Shown here: positions 17,503-27,432 of the stretch, piece after piece
Layout of the letters: every line of letters begins with the position of its first letter
Position numbering within the stretch: the stretch's first letter is position 1
From: Thermoplasmata archaeon
GTDB lineage: Archaea; Thermoplasmatota; Thermoplasmata; Halarchaeoplasmatales; Halarchaeoplasmataceae
DNA: 64,000 nt
Assembly (NCBI GenBank): GCA_046484045.1
Contig: JAWOBZ010000080.1
Location: 28,630 to 92,629 of the forward strand
Reading direction: 5' to 3'
Notes under the pieces: generated by a model
What the model was told of the DNA's origin: nothing
The model's input: the letters and a program-made list of their open reading frames with translations, nothing else
Database searches by the model: none
Made by a program: the position numbers and the translations under genes

Positions 17503-19647
17503 CTAGGGTTTTTTTATTTCGTAACGCAATTTACTCTCTAGATAACCGAAGGGTGCCAGTATCTCTCCGCCGACTCTATACAGATATCTTTCGTAGTAAG
17601 AGGTATCGTAATATTCATCGTGATAGCCCACTATAGACACCTTGTTTTTGTAGTTCTTACTTTTGGCATCCGTCACCACGTATCGGATCACCTGCCCGGG
17701 ATGCACTCGGATACCGTGTTCTTTGTACTGGAGCAGTGCCGCCTTGGTCTCTGTCATGTGCTCGTACTCCTCCGCACCCTTGGACGTTATCTTGGTGAAG
17801 TGCAGTTCTCCCATGTCGGCTTTCCCAGAGCGTATCTCTCTTGCGTATCTTCTTACTACGTCTAGATATCCATGGATGCCGTCGAATAGTTCTTTTCTGC
17901 TCGTGCAGTCCGACATCTGGCGCAGTATCTCTTTCTGACAGTTCTTGAACAGCGTCGGTGTGTCCCTTCTCCTTGCGTGGATACCTTTGAACTCGAGTTT
18001 ACCGTCCAGCAGTCCGAAATATCGATTCGGCACACCTATCTTCGGATCTCCTTTACTGCCCAGGAACACCACCCATGAGTACTTGCCCTCCTTCTCCAGT
18101 ACTACCTTGGTTTTCTCCTCGACTATGGATAACAACTCTTCCACTCGTTCCTCACCGCCCTTCAACCAAAGAGAGTCCACGATGCCGTGAACAACTTCGT
18201 AGCCCATATCCTGGGCCGTATCGGCGGCTTCCAGCAGTATATCCCTGCCGTAGGCGGTAATACTCTCGTGAACCTCGATGTTGCTGAAACGTGCTTTCTT
18301 GTACCCTGTGTAACCGAAGCAGGTAACCAGCAGCCATTTGAGCACCTTGGCTCTGTCTTTGAAGACTTCGTTATCAGGCGTGGACTTGTAGAGCTGTCTT
18401 CTTTCAACAACCGGCCCTACGACCTTCGGAATAAGTCCTCTCCTTTTATTGCAGACCTTGTACCCCAGCTCAGGGACTACGTGATGATCACCGCAGGTGC
18501 ACCCCAGAGTCTCTGGCGAGAGGTTGTACTTGTCGATGATAGAGGGATACATGCTGGCGAAGTCCAGCTTGATCAGGTCTTCGTGAACGCCGATTATCGG
18601 AGAGTAGATGTGCCCGCCTCTGTCTGAGAGTATCAGCTGTCTCATTGTCTTGAAGCGCTCGGTGATGTTCTTCTTCCACGGTATCAGGTATCCGTCTTTC
18701 ATCGCCTGGGCGATCTCCATCGCATCGATGGCACTACCCGGACTTCGGCGGGAGAGCCTCTGCAGGGGGATCTTTGACAACCTGGCGATCTCTATGAGGC
18801 CGTCGATGCCTCCTTCGCGGTACATGAAAGAGCTTTGTTCGTCTATGTGTATGCGGCCCTTGAGTGTGTATGTAGGCGGTTTGTAGAGCACCCTGCCATA
18901 GGAAACGTAAGATGAACCCTGCCTGGGGGAGTGCATCGAACGCTCTCGTCCAAGGCATAAGGACACCTCGTGAAGTTCACTCCGATAAGCAAGATAAGGT
19001 ATCAAAAACGTGTCTCCGCCGGAGGTGATGACTATATCTGGATCTATGTTTTTGATACCGTCGTTCAGGTCTTTCAGTATACTCTCTTCGTCACCGCGTA
19101 TATCCATATCATCCAGTGCTGCTGATCGGAGTGGATCGTCCATCCTAGGTAAACCATCAGATTCCGTTTCTACATCCAATCTCACCGTGCGTAGAGGTGG
19201 TTTAGAGTAACGTATATTATCGCTATCCTCCAGCTCCCGCCATCCGTGGTTCTTCTCGACCAGTGAAAAAGTGCTGATGTCGTTCTCTATGAGATATCTC
19301 TGGCCCAGCGGTATGTCGACGTTGTAGAAAAGGTATTTCTGGTAGCCGTTGAAGAAATCCAAAGCATCCGCGTTCTTTCTGGGATCGAAAACTCTACCGG
19401 GTGAAACACGCAGAACATCCCTTTCTTTTCTATCGTGGATATCCGTTATCCTCTTCTCCGAACAGGTCTCGAAACCCATCTTCTCGTAGTGCATTTCGGC
19501 TTCACGGTGATCTCCGTCTTTAGCTCTCAAGAAAAAGACCGGGTCGTAATCGACCAAGACCTTGTGGCAGTCCTTCTTAGTCCGGATCCAGAGGACCATC
19601 TTCCCCTTTTTCAAGTCGGGGTAGATGTCCAATATCCATCCCTTCAT
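17503..19647 (-). CDS. polB: Family B DNA polymerase with substituted catalytic residues (PolB2-like, probably inactivated)
   Basis: The N-terminus MKGWILDIYPDLKKGKMVLWIRT is archaeal PolB-like. Exo I DVETE is intact. The Exo II region DPDIVITSGGDTFLIPYL has L where the catalytic Asp is expected. Motif A DFASMYPSII is intact. Motif B KWLLVTCFGYTGY has lost the conserved N and S. Motif C reads HGIVDS instead of YxDTDS. Confidence 0.8.
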   Translation of the reverse strand: MKGWILDIYPDLKKGKMVLWIRTKKDCHKVLVDYDPVFFLRAKDGDHREAEMHYEKMGFETCSEKRITDIHDRKERDVLRVSPGRVFDPRKNADALDFFNGYQKYLFYNVDIPLGQRYLIENDISTFSLVEKNHGWRELEDSDNIRYSKPPLRTVRLDVETESDGLPRMDDPLRSAALDDMDIRGDEESILKDLNDGIKNIDPDIVITSGGDTFLIPYLAYRSELHEVSLCLGRERSMHSPRQGSSYVSYGRVLYKPPTYTLKGRIHIDEQSSFMYREGGIDGLIEIARLSKIPLQRLSRRSPGSAIDAMEIAQAMKDGYLIPWKKNITERFKTMRQLILSDRGGHIYSPIIGVHEDLIKLDFASMYPSIIDKYNLSPETLGCTCGDHHVVPELGYKVCNKRRGLIPKVVGPVVERRQLYKSTPDNEVFKDRAKVLKWLLVTCFGYTGYKKARFSNIEVHESITAYGRDILLEAADTAQDMGYEVVHGIVDSLWLKGGEERVEELLSIVEEKTKVVLEKEGKYSWVVFLGSKGDPKIGVPNRYFGLLDGKLEFKGIHARRRDTPTLFKNCQKEILRQMSDCTSRKELFDGIHGYLDVVRRYAREIRSGKADMGELHFTKITSKGAEEYEHMTETKAALLQYKEHGIRVHPGQVIRYVVTDAKSKNYKNKVSIVGYHDEYYDTSYYERYLYRVGGEILAPFGYLESKLRYEIKKP

Positions 19648-19897
19648 CTTTTAGCCTCCTTTCCAACCTGTCCAGGACGAGTTCGTGCTCAAGTAGTATG
19701 GAGATGAAAACCGATTCCATGGGATCGCTGTTGGCCTGGTACTGAGCGGCGGAGGCGTGCCTCTTCGCTTTTGTCATGAGCTCGTCGAATCTCTCACGCT
19801 CTTCCTTCCTGAGTGCTCGCCTGAACTTGCTCCATTCCGCTATTATGCTGTCCAGCTCCTGGCGGAACGTGGGAACGCTCTTACCCACCGCTCTCAC
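19577..19897 (-). CDS. Hypothetical small helical protein, operonic between the RadB-like gene and polB
   Basis: The 106-aa ORF overlaps the radB-like stop by 17 nt and the polB start by 70 nt. The polB RBS (AGGAGG) lies inside it. Its product has amphipathic-helix character and there is no homology call. Confidence 0.35.
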   Translation of the reverse strand: MRAVGKSVPTFRQELDSIIAEWSKFRRALRKEERERFDELMTKAKRHASAAQYQANSDPMESVFISILLEHELVLDRLERRLKDEGMDIGHLPRLEKGEDGPLDPD

Positions 19898-20366
19898 CCC
19901 CGTGATCTAAGAACAGTTCCGGCTTCTTATCTGCGACCACGCAGTAGAGCGAGAATTCGTCCACCGTACGCTTCAGCTCTTTGACCCCTGCAGAGCACAG
20001 CCAGATACCCTCGTCTTCGTTCATGTCGTCGTCTTGGAAGCGAGATGAGAAATCTATCAGGCCCAGGAACGATATGTCACCGCTGGTCTCCACTATCTTC
20101 CTCACGTCCTTAACCATGTTCTCTAGCTGGTAAGCGGTGAAGCCTCTGCCTACTATGGTCCTTTTGAGCACGTTGTTCTGGTCGTAACCGTACTTTTTGC
20201 AGATCCTGACCATCCAGTACGGATCTATCCTGGCGCTGCCGTCGATGACCAGGGCTCTGCCTCCGTTCTCTCCTATGCAGCGTACCGCTAGAGCGGTGAC
20301 TATCTGATGCTTCGTGGTCCGGAAGGCGCGTATCTCCCCTCTGTGCAAAGGATACTCCGCACTCAT
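19881..20366 (-). CDS. RadB/RecA-superfamily-like small protein with a degenerate Walker A
   Basis: It aligns by eye to the archaeal RadB core (VIDGSARIDP ~ VDTEGGFSP; FLGLIDFSSRF ~ Walker B hhhhDS). The P-loop position reads AFRTTKHQI and has no GxxxxGK[ST]. There is a TATA-like ttatac ~30 nt upstream of the ATG, suggesting a leaderless start. Confidence 0.5.
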   Translation of the reverse strand: MSAEYPLHRGEIRAFRTTKHQIVTALAVRCIGENGGRALVIDGSARIDPYWMVRICKKYGYDQNNVLKRTIVGRGFTAYQLENMVKDVRKIVETSGDISFLGLIDFSSRFQDDDMNEDEGIWLCSAGVKELKRTVDEFSLYCVVADKKPELFLDHGGESGG

Positions 20367-20438
20367 GTAATATCATAATTTAGCACTAAAGTATAAGAAA
20401 AGTATAGGTGGGGGGTGAAGTGAAAGTGATCCACTTTT

Positions 20439-21005
20439 TCAAGGTGTTATAACTGTTCCGTTTATGCTTTTTGAGGATCCACTAGTAGGGCACGTTTCGT
20501 ATGGCCGCCTGAGTACTTGGTCGGGCCGTTTTCCATCGGGAATATCTCTATTTATTTCGAATCGTGGAAATCCCTCTAAATCCTGGCAATCTATCTTGAA
20601 CGTCCATCTTACGATCTTCATAGTTTTATCCGTACCAAGAGGTATCTCAAAGGAATCGATCAAACTTTTATTTTCGCCTGTCCGCAATTCAAAAACTATT
20701 TTGCCACCACCTTTTTGCCTCAAGGTGAAGCCGTATCCGTAGGTTCTTTTCATATCTGCTGCGAATCCATCAGTCAATCTTATCAATATTTTATTCCATC
20801 CATCTACACTATTGTTCAGAATGACGGTTACTTGCACCGTTTTCTCAATTGTATCTAGATCAATATCTCCAGTCGTTCCCACACCTATACTAGAGGCTCG
20901 TTTAATCTTAGCAGGGGTATCGCCACCGTGGACCGCCGTAGAAGTTGAAATAAGGATACAGAGTACGGCGGACAGGGTGAAGAAGTTCAGGATGATATGT
21001 TTCAC
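20439..21005 (-). CDS. Secreted/lipoprotein-like hypothetical protein
   Basis: N-terminal signal peptide MKHIILNFFTLSAVLCILISTSTAVHG. No recognisable catalytic motifs. Confidence 0.5.
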   Translation of the reverse strand: MKHIILNFFTLSAVLCILISTSTAVHGGDTPAKIKRASSIGVGTTGDIDLDTIEKTVQVTVILNNSVDGWNKILIRLTDGFAADMKRTYGYGFTLRQKGGGKIVFELRTGENKSLIDSFEIPLGTDKTMKIVRWTFKIDCQDLEGFPRFEINRDIPDGKRPDQVLRRPYETCPTSGSSKSINGTVITP

Positions 21006-21132
21006 GATGGCGACCCCTTTGCGTTTATACGTTAAGATGGTCGCCCGAGATTTATATCAGTTCTCAGTAAATCAAAATCCGTTTCGTAACTCGAAATAAG
21101 TGTGTGAGAAAAACGATCTTGCCAAAAAATAA

Positions 21133-22575
21133 CTATTTCCAGTGCCAGCCAGACCCGTCTTCTTTGTCCTCGACCACGACGCCCATCTCAGCTAGTTCAT
21201 CCCTGATCTCATCCGCCAATCCGTATTCCTTCTTCTCCCTCATCTTCTGTCTGATCTGCAGGAGTAATCGGATGAACTCGTCGACTTCCACGGCTGTCTT
21301 TTCTCTACTATCCAAGCTTAAACCGAGGACTCTAGCGAGCTCTTTGAGCTTGTCCACCGCTTCTTCTATCAACTCTTTCTTGTTATCCAAGTTCTTGTTG
21401 ATCTTCTTGGAGAAATCGATCAGCTTGCTCATGGCCAGGGGTGTGTTCATATCGTCGTCCATGGCGGCTTCGAAATCGTTTTCGATATCTCCGATGTGCT
21501 CTCCCAGCTCGTTTCCTTCTCCGCCCTCAGCGGCCTCCGCCAAGCGTATCGTGTTGTAGAACCTGTCCAGCTTCTTCTTCGCTTCCTCTAGAGAGTTGAA
21601 GCTGAAGTCCGCCTGTGAGCGGTAATGTATGCTGGCATAGTAGGCTCGGATCACTTCGCCGTCGTATTGGTCCAGCAGGTCTGAGACAGTGTAGAAGTTA
21701 CCCTCGCTCTTGGACATCTTCTCTCCTTCCACGGAGATGTGCTCGCTGTGCAGCCAGAACTTTACCGGCTCTTCTTCTAGGTTATTCATGGCCATGTTCT
21801 GCGCCCTCTCGTTGGGGTGGTGCGGGAAGATGTGGTCTACGCCGCCTCCGTGTATGTCGAAGATCTCGCCCAGGTACTTGGTGCTCATCACGCTGCACTC
21901 CAGGTGCCATCCCGGGTATCCGAGGCTCCACGGGCTGGGCCATTTCATGATGTGCTCGGGTACGGCCTTTATCCACAGAGCGAAATCCAGCGGTGATCTC
22001 TTCTCCTGCATCTCCTCCTCGCTGACCCTTCCACCCGCCCCTTTCTTCATGTCTTCGATCCTCCGCCCACCCAACTCTGGATAACCGTGATCTTCGTAGA
22101 ATTTCATCACGTCGAAGTAAACGCTGCCGTTCTTCTCGTAGCCGTAGCCGTTCTCAATGATGCTCTTGATGCCTTCGATCATCTCTATCATGTGCCCCGT
22201 GGCCCTTGGTATAACGTCTGCGGGCTCCATGTTCAGGGCGTCCATCTCCCTGTAGAACCTCAGCACCTGCCTGGTCACCAGTTCCATAGGCTCCATCTGT
22301 TTCTCTTTTGCCGCTTTTTCGACTTTATCTTCTCCTTGGTCTGCGTCGTCCGTGAGGTGACCCACGTCGGTAATATTCATCACGTGGAAGACGTCGTACC
22401 CCTTCCACTTCAGGTATCTCTTCAGAACGTCCCAGACGGCATAGGTCTTCGCGTTACCTACGTGCATGTCCTCGTAGATGGTCTGGCCGCAGGTATACAT
22501 CCTAACCGTATTGTCTTCCAGCGGTTCGAATTCCTCCTCTTCGTTTCCCATGGTGTTGTAAAGTTTGAGCGTCAT
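21133..22575 (-). CDS. cysS: Cysteinyl-tRNA synthetase
   Basis: HIGH-type motif (HVGNAKTY), KMSKS, and a Zn-binding Cys near the N-terminus (YTCGQT). Confidence 0.9.
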   Translation of the reverse strand: MTLKLYNTMGNEEEEFEPLEDNTVRMYTCGQTIYEDMHVGNAKTYAVWDVLKRYLKWKGYDVFHVMNITDVGHLTDDADQGEDKVEKAAKEKQMEPMELVTRQVLRFYREMDALNMEPADVIPRATGHMIEMIEGIKSIIENGYGYEKNGSVYFDVMKFYEDHGYPELGGRRIEDMKKGAGGRVSEEEMQEKRSPLDFALWIKAVPEHIMKWPSPWSLGYPGWHLECSVMSTKYLGEIFDIHGGGVDHIFPHHPNERAQNMAMNNLEEEPVKFWLHSEHISVEGEKMSKSEGNFYTVSDLLDQYDGEVIRAYYASIHYRSQADFSFNSLEEAKKKLDRFYNTIRLAEAAEGGEGNELGEHIGDIENDFEAAMDDDMNTPLAMSKLIDFSKKINKNLDNKKELIEEAVDKLKELARVLGLSLDSREKTAVEVDEFIRLLLQIRQKMREKKEYGLADEIRDELAEMGVVVEDKEDGSGWHWK

Positions 22576-22663
22576 GATCGTAACGAGATTGATGGGAACG
22601 ATATTTGAAAGTTGTGTATGCCCTTGTAAATATTTTAATAGTGTTCAACGATATCCCAAATAG

Positions 22664-23668
22664 ATGAGCGGAAACATCAGCTACCCGGAACCCGACCAGG
22701 CCGTTCCACTGCATCTGAACGAGAACTTGTTCTTGGACGATGAATACTATGGCGAGTTGAAAGGGGTGATGGATGTAGAATTGAGCGGCTACCCGTCCCC
22801 CACCGGTGAAGGTCTTAGAAAAAAGCTTGCCGAGTACTACGGTTTAAGGGCGTCTCAGATCGTGATCGGCAACGGCTCCGATTCTATCCTGGATACGCTT
22901 TTCAAGATCACCATACCTACCCACGGTAAGATGGGGTATTTTACACCATCTTACGAGATGTACAAGTTCTTCGCTTCGAGGAACGGCATCCACTCCATCG
23001 AGATACCTCTAAGCTCGGACTTCGGCGTGCCCACCAACCACGATATCTTTGACGACATCGATACGCTGCTTGTCTGCTCTCCGAACAATCCTACTGGGTT
23101 ATGTATCGCCGATGACGTTCTTCGCAGGATACTCGATACGGATATCACCGTGATCGTGGACGAGGCCTACGTTGAATACTCATCCCAGGATTTTATCCCC
23201 TTACTCGAAGATTACGATAACCTTATTTTGGTTAGAACATTTTCCAAGGCTTGGGGCCTGGCGGGTATAAGACTGGGCTACAGCATCTCTTCGTCTGAGA
23301 TGGCTTTGGACCTGAGCGATATGATGCTTCCGTACAACGTCAACTGCCTTTCCCTTACCGTTGCTGAGAAAGCCCTGGATATGTCGGATCTAAAAGATGA
23401 ATCGATAAGAAAGACGGTCGAGGTTCGTGAATGGTTCAGAGAAGAACTCGAGATGTTGGATTTCAACACGATCCCCTCGGAATCGAACTTTCTGCTGTGC
23501 AGACCTCCTTCGGGTATAGAACCAAATTCTCTCTTCGAGCAGCTGTTGGAAGAAGGTTTCAGGGTCAGAATATTTGAAAGCAGGAGATTGGTGTGCTACA
23601 TGAGGATCACCATCGGTGAGAAAAAAAACATGAAGACGCTTTTAGAAGTGTTGGATGAAGTACTTTAG
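22664..23668 (+). CDS. hisC: Class I/II PLP aminotransferase (HisC / CobD family)
   Basis: NENL...SGYPSP, CSPNNPTG, IVDEAY, and the SKAWGLAGIRLGY lysine region are present. Confidence 0.7.
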   Translation: MSGNISYPEPDQAVPLHLNENLFLDDEYYGELKGVMDVELSGYPSPTGEGLRKKLAEYYGLRASQIVIGNGSDSILDTLFKITIPTHGKMGYFTPSYEMYKFFASRNGIHSIEIPLSSDFGVPTNHDIFDDIDTLLVCSPNNPTGLCIADDVLRRILDTDITVIVDEAYVEYSSQDFIPLLEDYDNLILVRTFSKAWGLAGIRLGYSISSSEMALDLSDMMLPYNVNCLSLTVAEKALDMSDLKDESIRKTVEVREWFREELEMLDFNTIPSESNFLLCRPPSGIEPNSLFEQLLEEGFRVRIFESRRLVCYMRITIGEKKNMKTLLEVLDEVL

Positions 23669-23785
23669 AGGATAAAAGAAATGATATTTTAGGTTTTAGA
23701 AAATCTTTGATCCGTTGCAGTATATCTTCTAGTATTTCAAGAATAGTAGAAAAACATATATGCCCTTCCCTTGGTAAATATCACG

Positions 23786-24307
23786 ATGGACGACATAGAC
23801 CCAGACTACGAAGAAGACCTGAAGAAGGAGAAGAAGTTCAGGAAGTATAAAATATTCGGAAAACTGGCAGGTATCATCATCATGGTCGGTTTCATCATCT
23901 GGATTTACCTAACTCAACCGTCACACACTATTGTCTATTATATCATCGCAGCGGTATACATGGTGTACACCACCTACAAACTGTTAAAGGAGATGGCACA
24001 GTACCATGCACTCATGGACGATCTACTGATAGAAGACGATCACATCGTGAAATACAACGACTCCATCAAGAGGGAGATAATGAGGATCCCTATCCAGAAG
24101 ATCAAAAAGGTGTACTACAACGTCGAAGGACTTCCCAGGACGTTGTACGTCGTGTATAAAAAAGACGGTAACCTGTTGGCCGAGAATTTCTATAAAACCA
24201 GGATCAAAGGGAAGAAGAAATTCATCGATATGATGGAGAAGAAGGGAGTTCTCATCGAAGACGAGATATCATTCGATGCCTTGAAAGAGATGATCGAATC
24301 ATCTTAG
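23786..24307 (+). CDS. Hypothetical membrane protein (2 TM + cytoplasmic domain)
   Basis: Two hydrophobic helices (AGIIIMVGFIIWIYL, IVYYIIAAVYMVY). The start is chosen at the internal ATG at 23786. Confidence 0.4.
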   Translation: MDDIDPDYEEDLKKEKKFRKYKIFGKLAGIIIMVGFIIWIYLTQPSHTIVYYIIAAVYMVYTTYKLLKEMAQYHALMDDLLIEDDHIVKYNDSIKREIMRIPIQKIKKVYYNVEGLPRTLYVVYKKDGNLLAENFYKTRIKGKKKFIDMMEKKGVLIEDEISFDALKEMIESS

Positions 24308-24314
24308 TTAAAAA

Positions 24315-25826
24315 TTATAGAAGCGGGTACTCTTCCAGTGTAGTCAGATCGTTCGAGTAGCACTCCCGGATATCGTCTATACCCAGCCTGAGCATCACCA
24401 TCCTTTCCAGACCGAGACCCCATGCGAGAACCGGATGTTCGATACCATGGGGCTTGGTGACCTCTTCTCTGAATATACCCGCCCCGCCCATCTCCAGGTA
24501 GTCGTCCTTGAATTTAGCGAACACCTCCAAGCTGGGCTCTGTGAACGGGAAGTAAGACGGTTTGACTTTCACGTCGTCGAATCCCATCTTTTTGTAGAAT
24601 TCTTTCATCAGTCCGATCAGCATGTTAAGATTGGCCCCCTTCTCCATAACGATACCCTCTATCTGGATGAACTGTGAAAGGTGGGTGGCATCAGTTGCCT
24701 CGCTCCTGAAATTCCAATCCAGCGAGAACGCCTTGACAGGAGGCTCCGTATGTTCTGATAAGTATTTGATCGAGCTGACCGTGGTATGTGTCCTAAGAAC
24801 GGCCCTCTGGGCTTCTTCCTTGCTCCACCTGTACCTCCAACCTTTCGACCTGCCGTCTCCACCGTCCTCGTGCATGCCCTTGATCTTCTCAACTATCTCA
24901 CCCTGGATCTCTATCTTCTCCGGATGTTTCATGTAAAAAGTATCCTGCAGATCCCTTGCGGGATGGTCCTGGGGTATGAACAGCGCGTCCATGTTCCAGA
25001 AGGTAGGTTGAACGAAATCGTGCTTCATCTCGGTGAATCCCATGTCCAAAAAGACCCTCCTGACCTTCTCGATCTCCCTACGAACCGGATGTTTCTTTCC
25101 GCCGTATCTAGTGGGTGCGAAGGCGTGTATGTCATAGGATCTGATCTCGGCTTCCTTCCAAGCACCGGTCCTGATTATATCGGGAGTGAGCTGGGATATC
25201 TGCGGCCGGATCTCGATGCCCTGGTCCACGATCTTTTGCCCTTTATCTGTAAGTTTCACTGTTCGAGATACCTGCTGTTTTTCATCGATTATTTCTTTCC
25301 TGGAAAGCAGTTTCTTTACCGTGTATTCGTCAACATCTTTTTCAGACAGTTCTCCCTCTTTGGCGAGTCTGAGTATCAATCTCTCGTCCTTTCCCTTCTC
25401 CTTCAGCGCCTTCCTACCCTTCTTTGTGAGCTCCAAGAACGTGTCTCCACCTTCCTTCCGCATATCCACCCAGCCCTTGTCTTTGAGCCACCCGAGAGCG
25501 ATCCCCGTCTTCTTTTTGTCGAGTCCGCTCTCTTCCTGCATCTCGGAGATGGTGCACCTTCCGCCCACCTTGTCGATGTACTTCAAAGCGGTCCTTTCGG
25601 GAAGGTCTTTCTTCGCCATGCTCTTCTTAGCCAGTGAATAGAATTTGGTCACATCCTCATCTACTTCCACAAGGGACTTTGAATTGAGCCACGAAACGGC
25701 GTTCATCACTTGGACCATCTGATCAAAGTCCCCGTTCTTTTGGATCTCTTCAGGGCTCCCCTCTCCACCTATCTCTCCGAGAACGACGAGTACTTTTTTT
25801 TCCAGATGACTCAAATCATCAGACAT
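24315..25826 (-). CDS. pheS: Phenylalanyl-tRNA synthetase alpha subunit (archaeal type, with N-terminal wHTH domains)
   Basis: Class II core motifs are present (FWNMDALFIPQDHPARD, FRSEATDATH, motif 3 GAGIFREEV...GLGLERM). Confidence 0.9.
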   Translation of the reverse strand: MSDDLSHLEKKVLVVLGEIGGEGSPEEIQKNGDFDQMVQVMNAVSWLNSKSLVEVDEDVTKFYSLAKKSMAKKDLPERTALKYIDKVGGRCTISEMQEESGLDKKKTGIALGWLKDKGWVDMRKEGGDTFLELTKKGRKALKEKGKDERLILRLAKEGELSEKDVDEYTVKKLLSRKEIIDEKQQVSRTVKLTDKGQKIVDQGIEIRPQISQLTPDIIRTGAWKEAEIRSYDIHAFAPTRYGGKKHPVRREIEKVRRVFLDMGFTEMKHDFVQPTFWNMDALFIPQDHPARDLQDTFYMKHPEKIEIQGEIVEKIKGMHEDGGDGRSKGWRYRWSKEEAQRAVLRTHTTVSSIKYLSEHTEPPVKAFSLDWNFRSEATDATHLSQFIQIEGIVMEKGANLNMLIGLMKEFYKKMGFDDVKVKPSYFPFTEPSLEVFAKFKDDYLEMGGAGIFREEVTKPHGIEHPVLAWGLGLERMVMLRLGIDDIRECYSNDLTTLEEYPLL

Positions 25827-25863
25827 GGTACCTCTCTATTAACTGATTGAATATATATTTTTA

Positions 25864-27384
25864 TCAGAGCATCTCTCCGATTACTTTTTCTACGTCCCTG
25901 ACCAACTCGCCGTTCACTATCGTCTCCTTGACGACATCTATATCTGGAGCCAACGGTCTGTCGGTTTCCAATGGAGGTACCTTAGCTCTTAATACCTCGT
26001 AAGCGGCTTTCACACCTTTGCCGGGCTCTAGCTCGTGAAATTCCAGACCCTGTGCCGCAGCTAGAAGTTCTATGGCTACGACGTACTCCACATTGTTAAG
26101 TATCTCCCTTGCCTGCCGGGCTGCGATGGTCCCCATGCTTACATGGTCCTCCTGCCCGGCTGAGGTTGGGATCGAATCAACGCTGGCGGGATGAGCTAGT
26201 ACCTTGTTCTCGGAAACGAGTGAAGCAGCGGTGTACTGAGCTATCATGAAGCCGGAGTTCAAACCCGGGTCCTTCGTTAGAAACGGCGGTAGACCGCTCT
26301 CTTGTTCGAACATCAACTTGTCGGTGGTCCTCTCGGATATGTTGCCGATCTCTGCGATCGATGCGCCGAAGAAGTCCATGGCTAGTGCAACCGGCTGACC
26401 GTGAAAATTCCCTCCGGAGATTATGTCTCCATTTGGAAACACGAGAGGGTTATCGTTCGCGGAGTTCATCTCGATAGATATGACCTTCTCTACGTAATCC
26501 ATCGTGTCCCTGGCAACTCCGTAGACCTGGGGCATGCATCTCAGGGTGTAGGGATCCTGCACCTTCTCGCAGTCCTTGTGTGATTCGATTATCTCACTGC
26601 CCGTTGTGAGAAGTCTAAGATTCTTGGCACACGCTATCTGGCCGGGATGTGGTCTTACACTGTGTATCCTCTCGTCGAATGCAGTGGACGTACCTCTTAG
26701 AGCCTCCAAGCTCATGGCGCTTGCGATCTGTGCCGCTTTGAGAAGCTGCCTTGCATCCCTTATAGCCAGGGCGCCTATGGCGGTCATAACTTGTGTGCCG
26801 TTCAGAAGGGCTAGACCCTCTTTTGCCTTGAGTTTCAGCGTGTCTATACCGGCTCTCTCCATCGCTTCGTCGCCCGGCAGCAGTTCTCCTTTATAAACCG
26901 CCTCTCCCTCTCCGATCATCACCAAAGACATGTGTGCAAGCGGTGCTAGATCACCGGAGGCTCCCACACTGCCCTTGCTGGGGATCACTGGGTGTACCTT
27001 CTTGTTCAGCATCTCGATAAGCGTTTCTATGACCTCGGGTCTCACTCCGCTGTATCCCTTGGCCAGAGTGTTAGCTCTGAGAAGCATCGTCCCTCTTACC
27101 ACGTCCCTATCCAACGGCTCTCCCACTCCACTTGCATGACTCAGGATCAGATTTCTCTGCAGTTCTTCTGTCTTTTCTTTATCGATCTTGACGTTGGAAA
27201 GTTCACCGAAACCCGTGTTTATCCCGTAGACACTCTCATCGCCCTTTTGTGCCTTCTCCACTGTATCACGGGAGTGATTTATTTTTACCAAACACTCATC
27301 GGATAGGGCGACCTCCTCGTCCAATCTCGCAGTACGATGTACGTCTAAAATACTCAAATTCTCTCCATCTACAGTTACTGTCAT
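25864..27384 (-). CDS. hutH: Histidine ammonia-lyase (MIO-dependent aromatic amino-acid lyase)
   Basis: GASGDLAPLAH carries the MIO-forming ASG triad. Length is 506 aa. Confidence 0.85.
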   Translation of the reverse strand: MTVTVDGENLSILDVHRTARLDEEVALSDECLVKINHSRDTVEKAQKGDESVYGINTGFGELSNVKIDKEKTEELQRNLILSHASGVGEPLDRDVVRGTMLLRANTLAKGYSGVRPEVIETLIEMLNKKVHPVIPSKGSVGASGDLAPLAHMSLVMIGEGEAVYKGELLPGDEAMERAGIDTLKLKAKEGLALLNGTQVMTAIGALAIRDARQLLKAAQIASAMSLEALRGTSTAFDERIHSVRPHPGQIACAKNLRLLTTGSEIIESHKDCEKVQDPYTLRCMPQVYGVARDTMDYVEKVISIEMNSANDNPLVFPNGDIISGGNFHGQPVALAMDFFGASIAEIGNISERTTDKLMFEQESGLPPFLTKDPGLNSGFMIAQYTAASLVSENKVLAHPASVDSIPTSAGQEDHVSMGTIAARQAREILNNVEYVVAIELLAAAQGLEFHELEPGKGVKAAYEVLRAKVPPLETDRPLAPDIDVVKETIVNGELVRDVEKVIGEML

Positions 27385-27432
27385 CGAAGGGTGATTGACA
27401 AGATATACTTTAAAATTCTCCCTATATTCATC

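Noticed and set aside
21104-22608. Multiple 100-170-aa ORFs antisense to or overlapping cysS (21104-21559 +, 21615-21950 +, 21710-22084 +, 22087-22608 +)
   Set aside because: They are embedded in the confidently assigned cysS frame and have Arg/Pro/Ser-rich translations.
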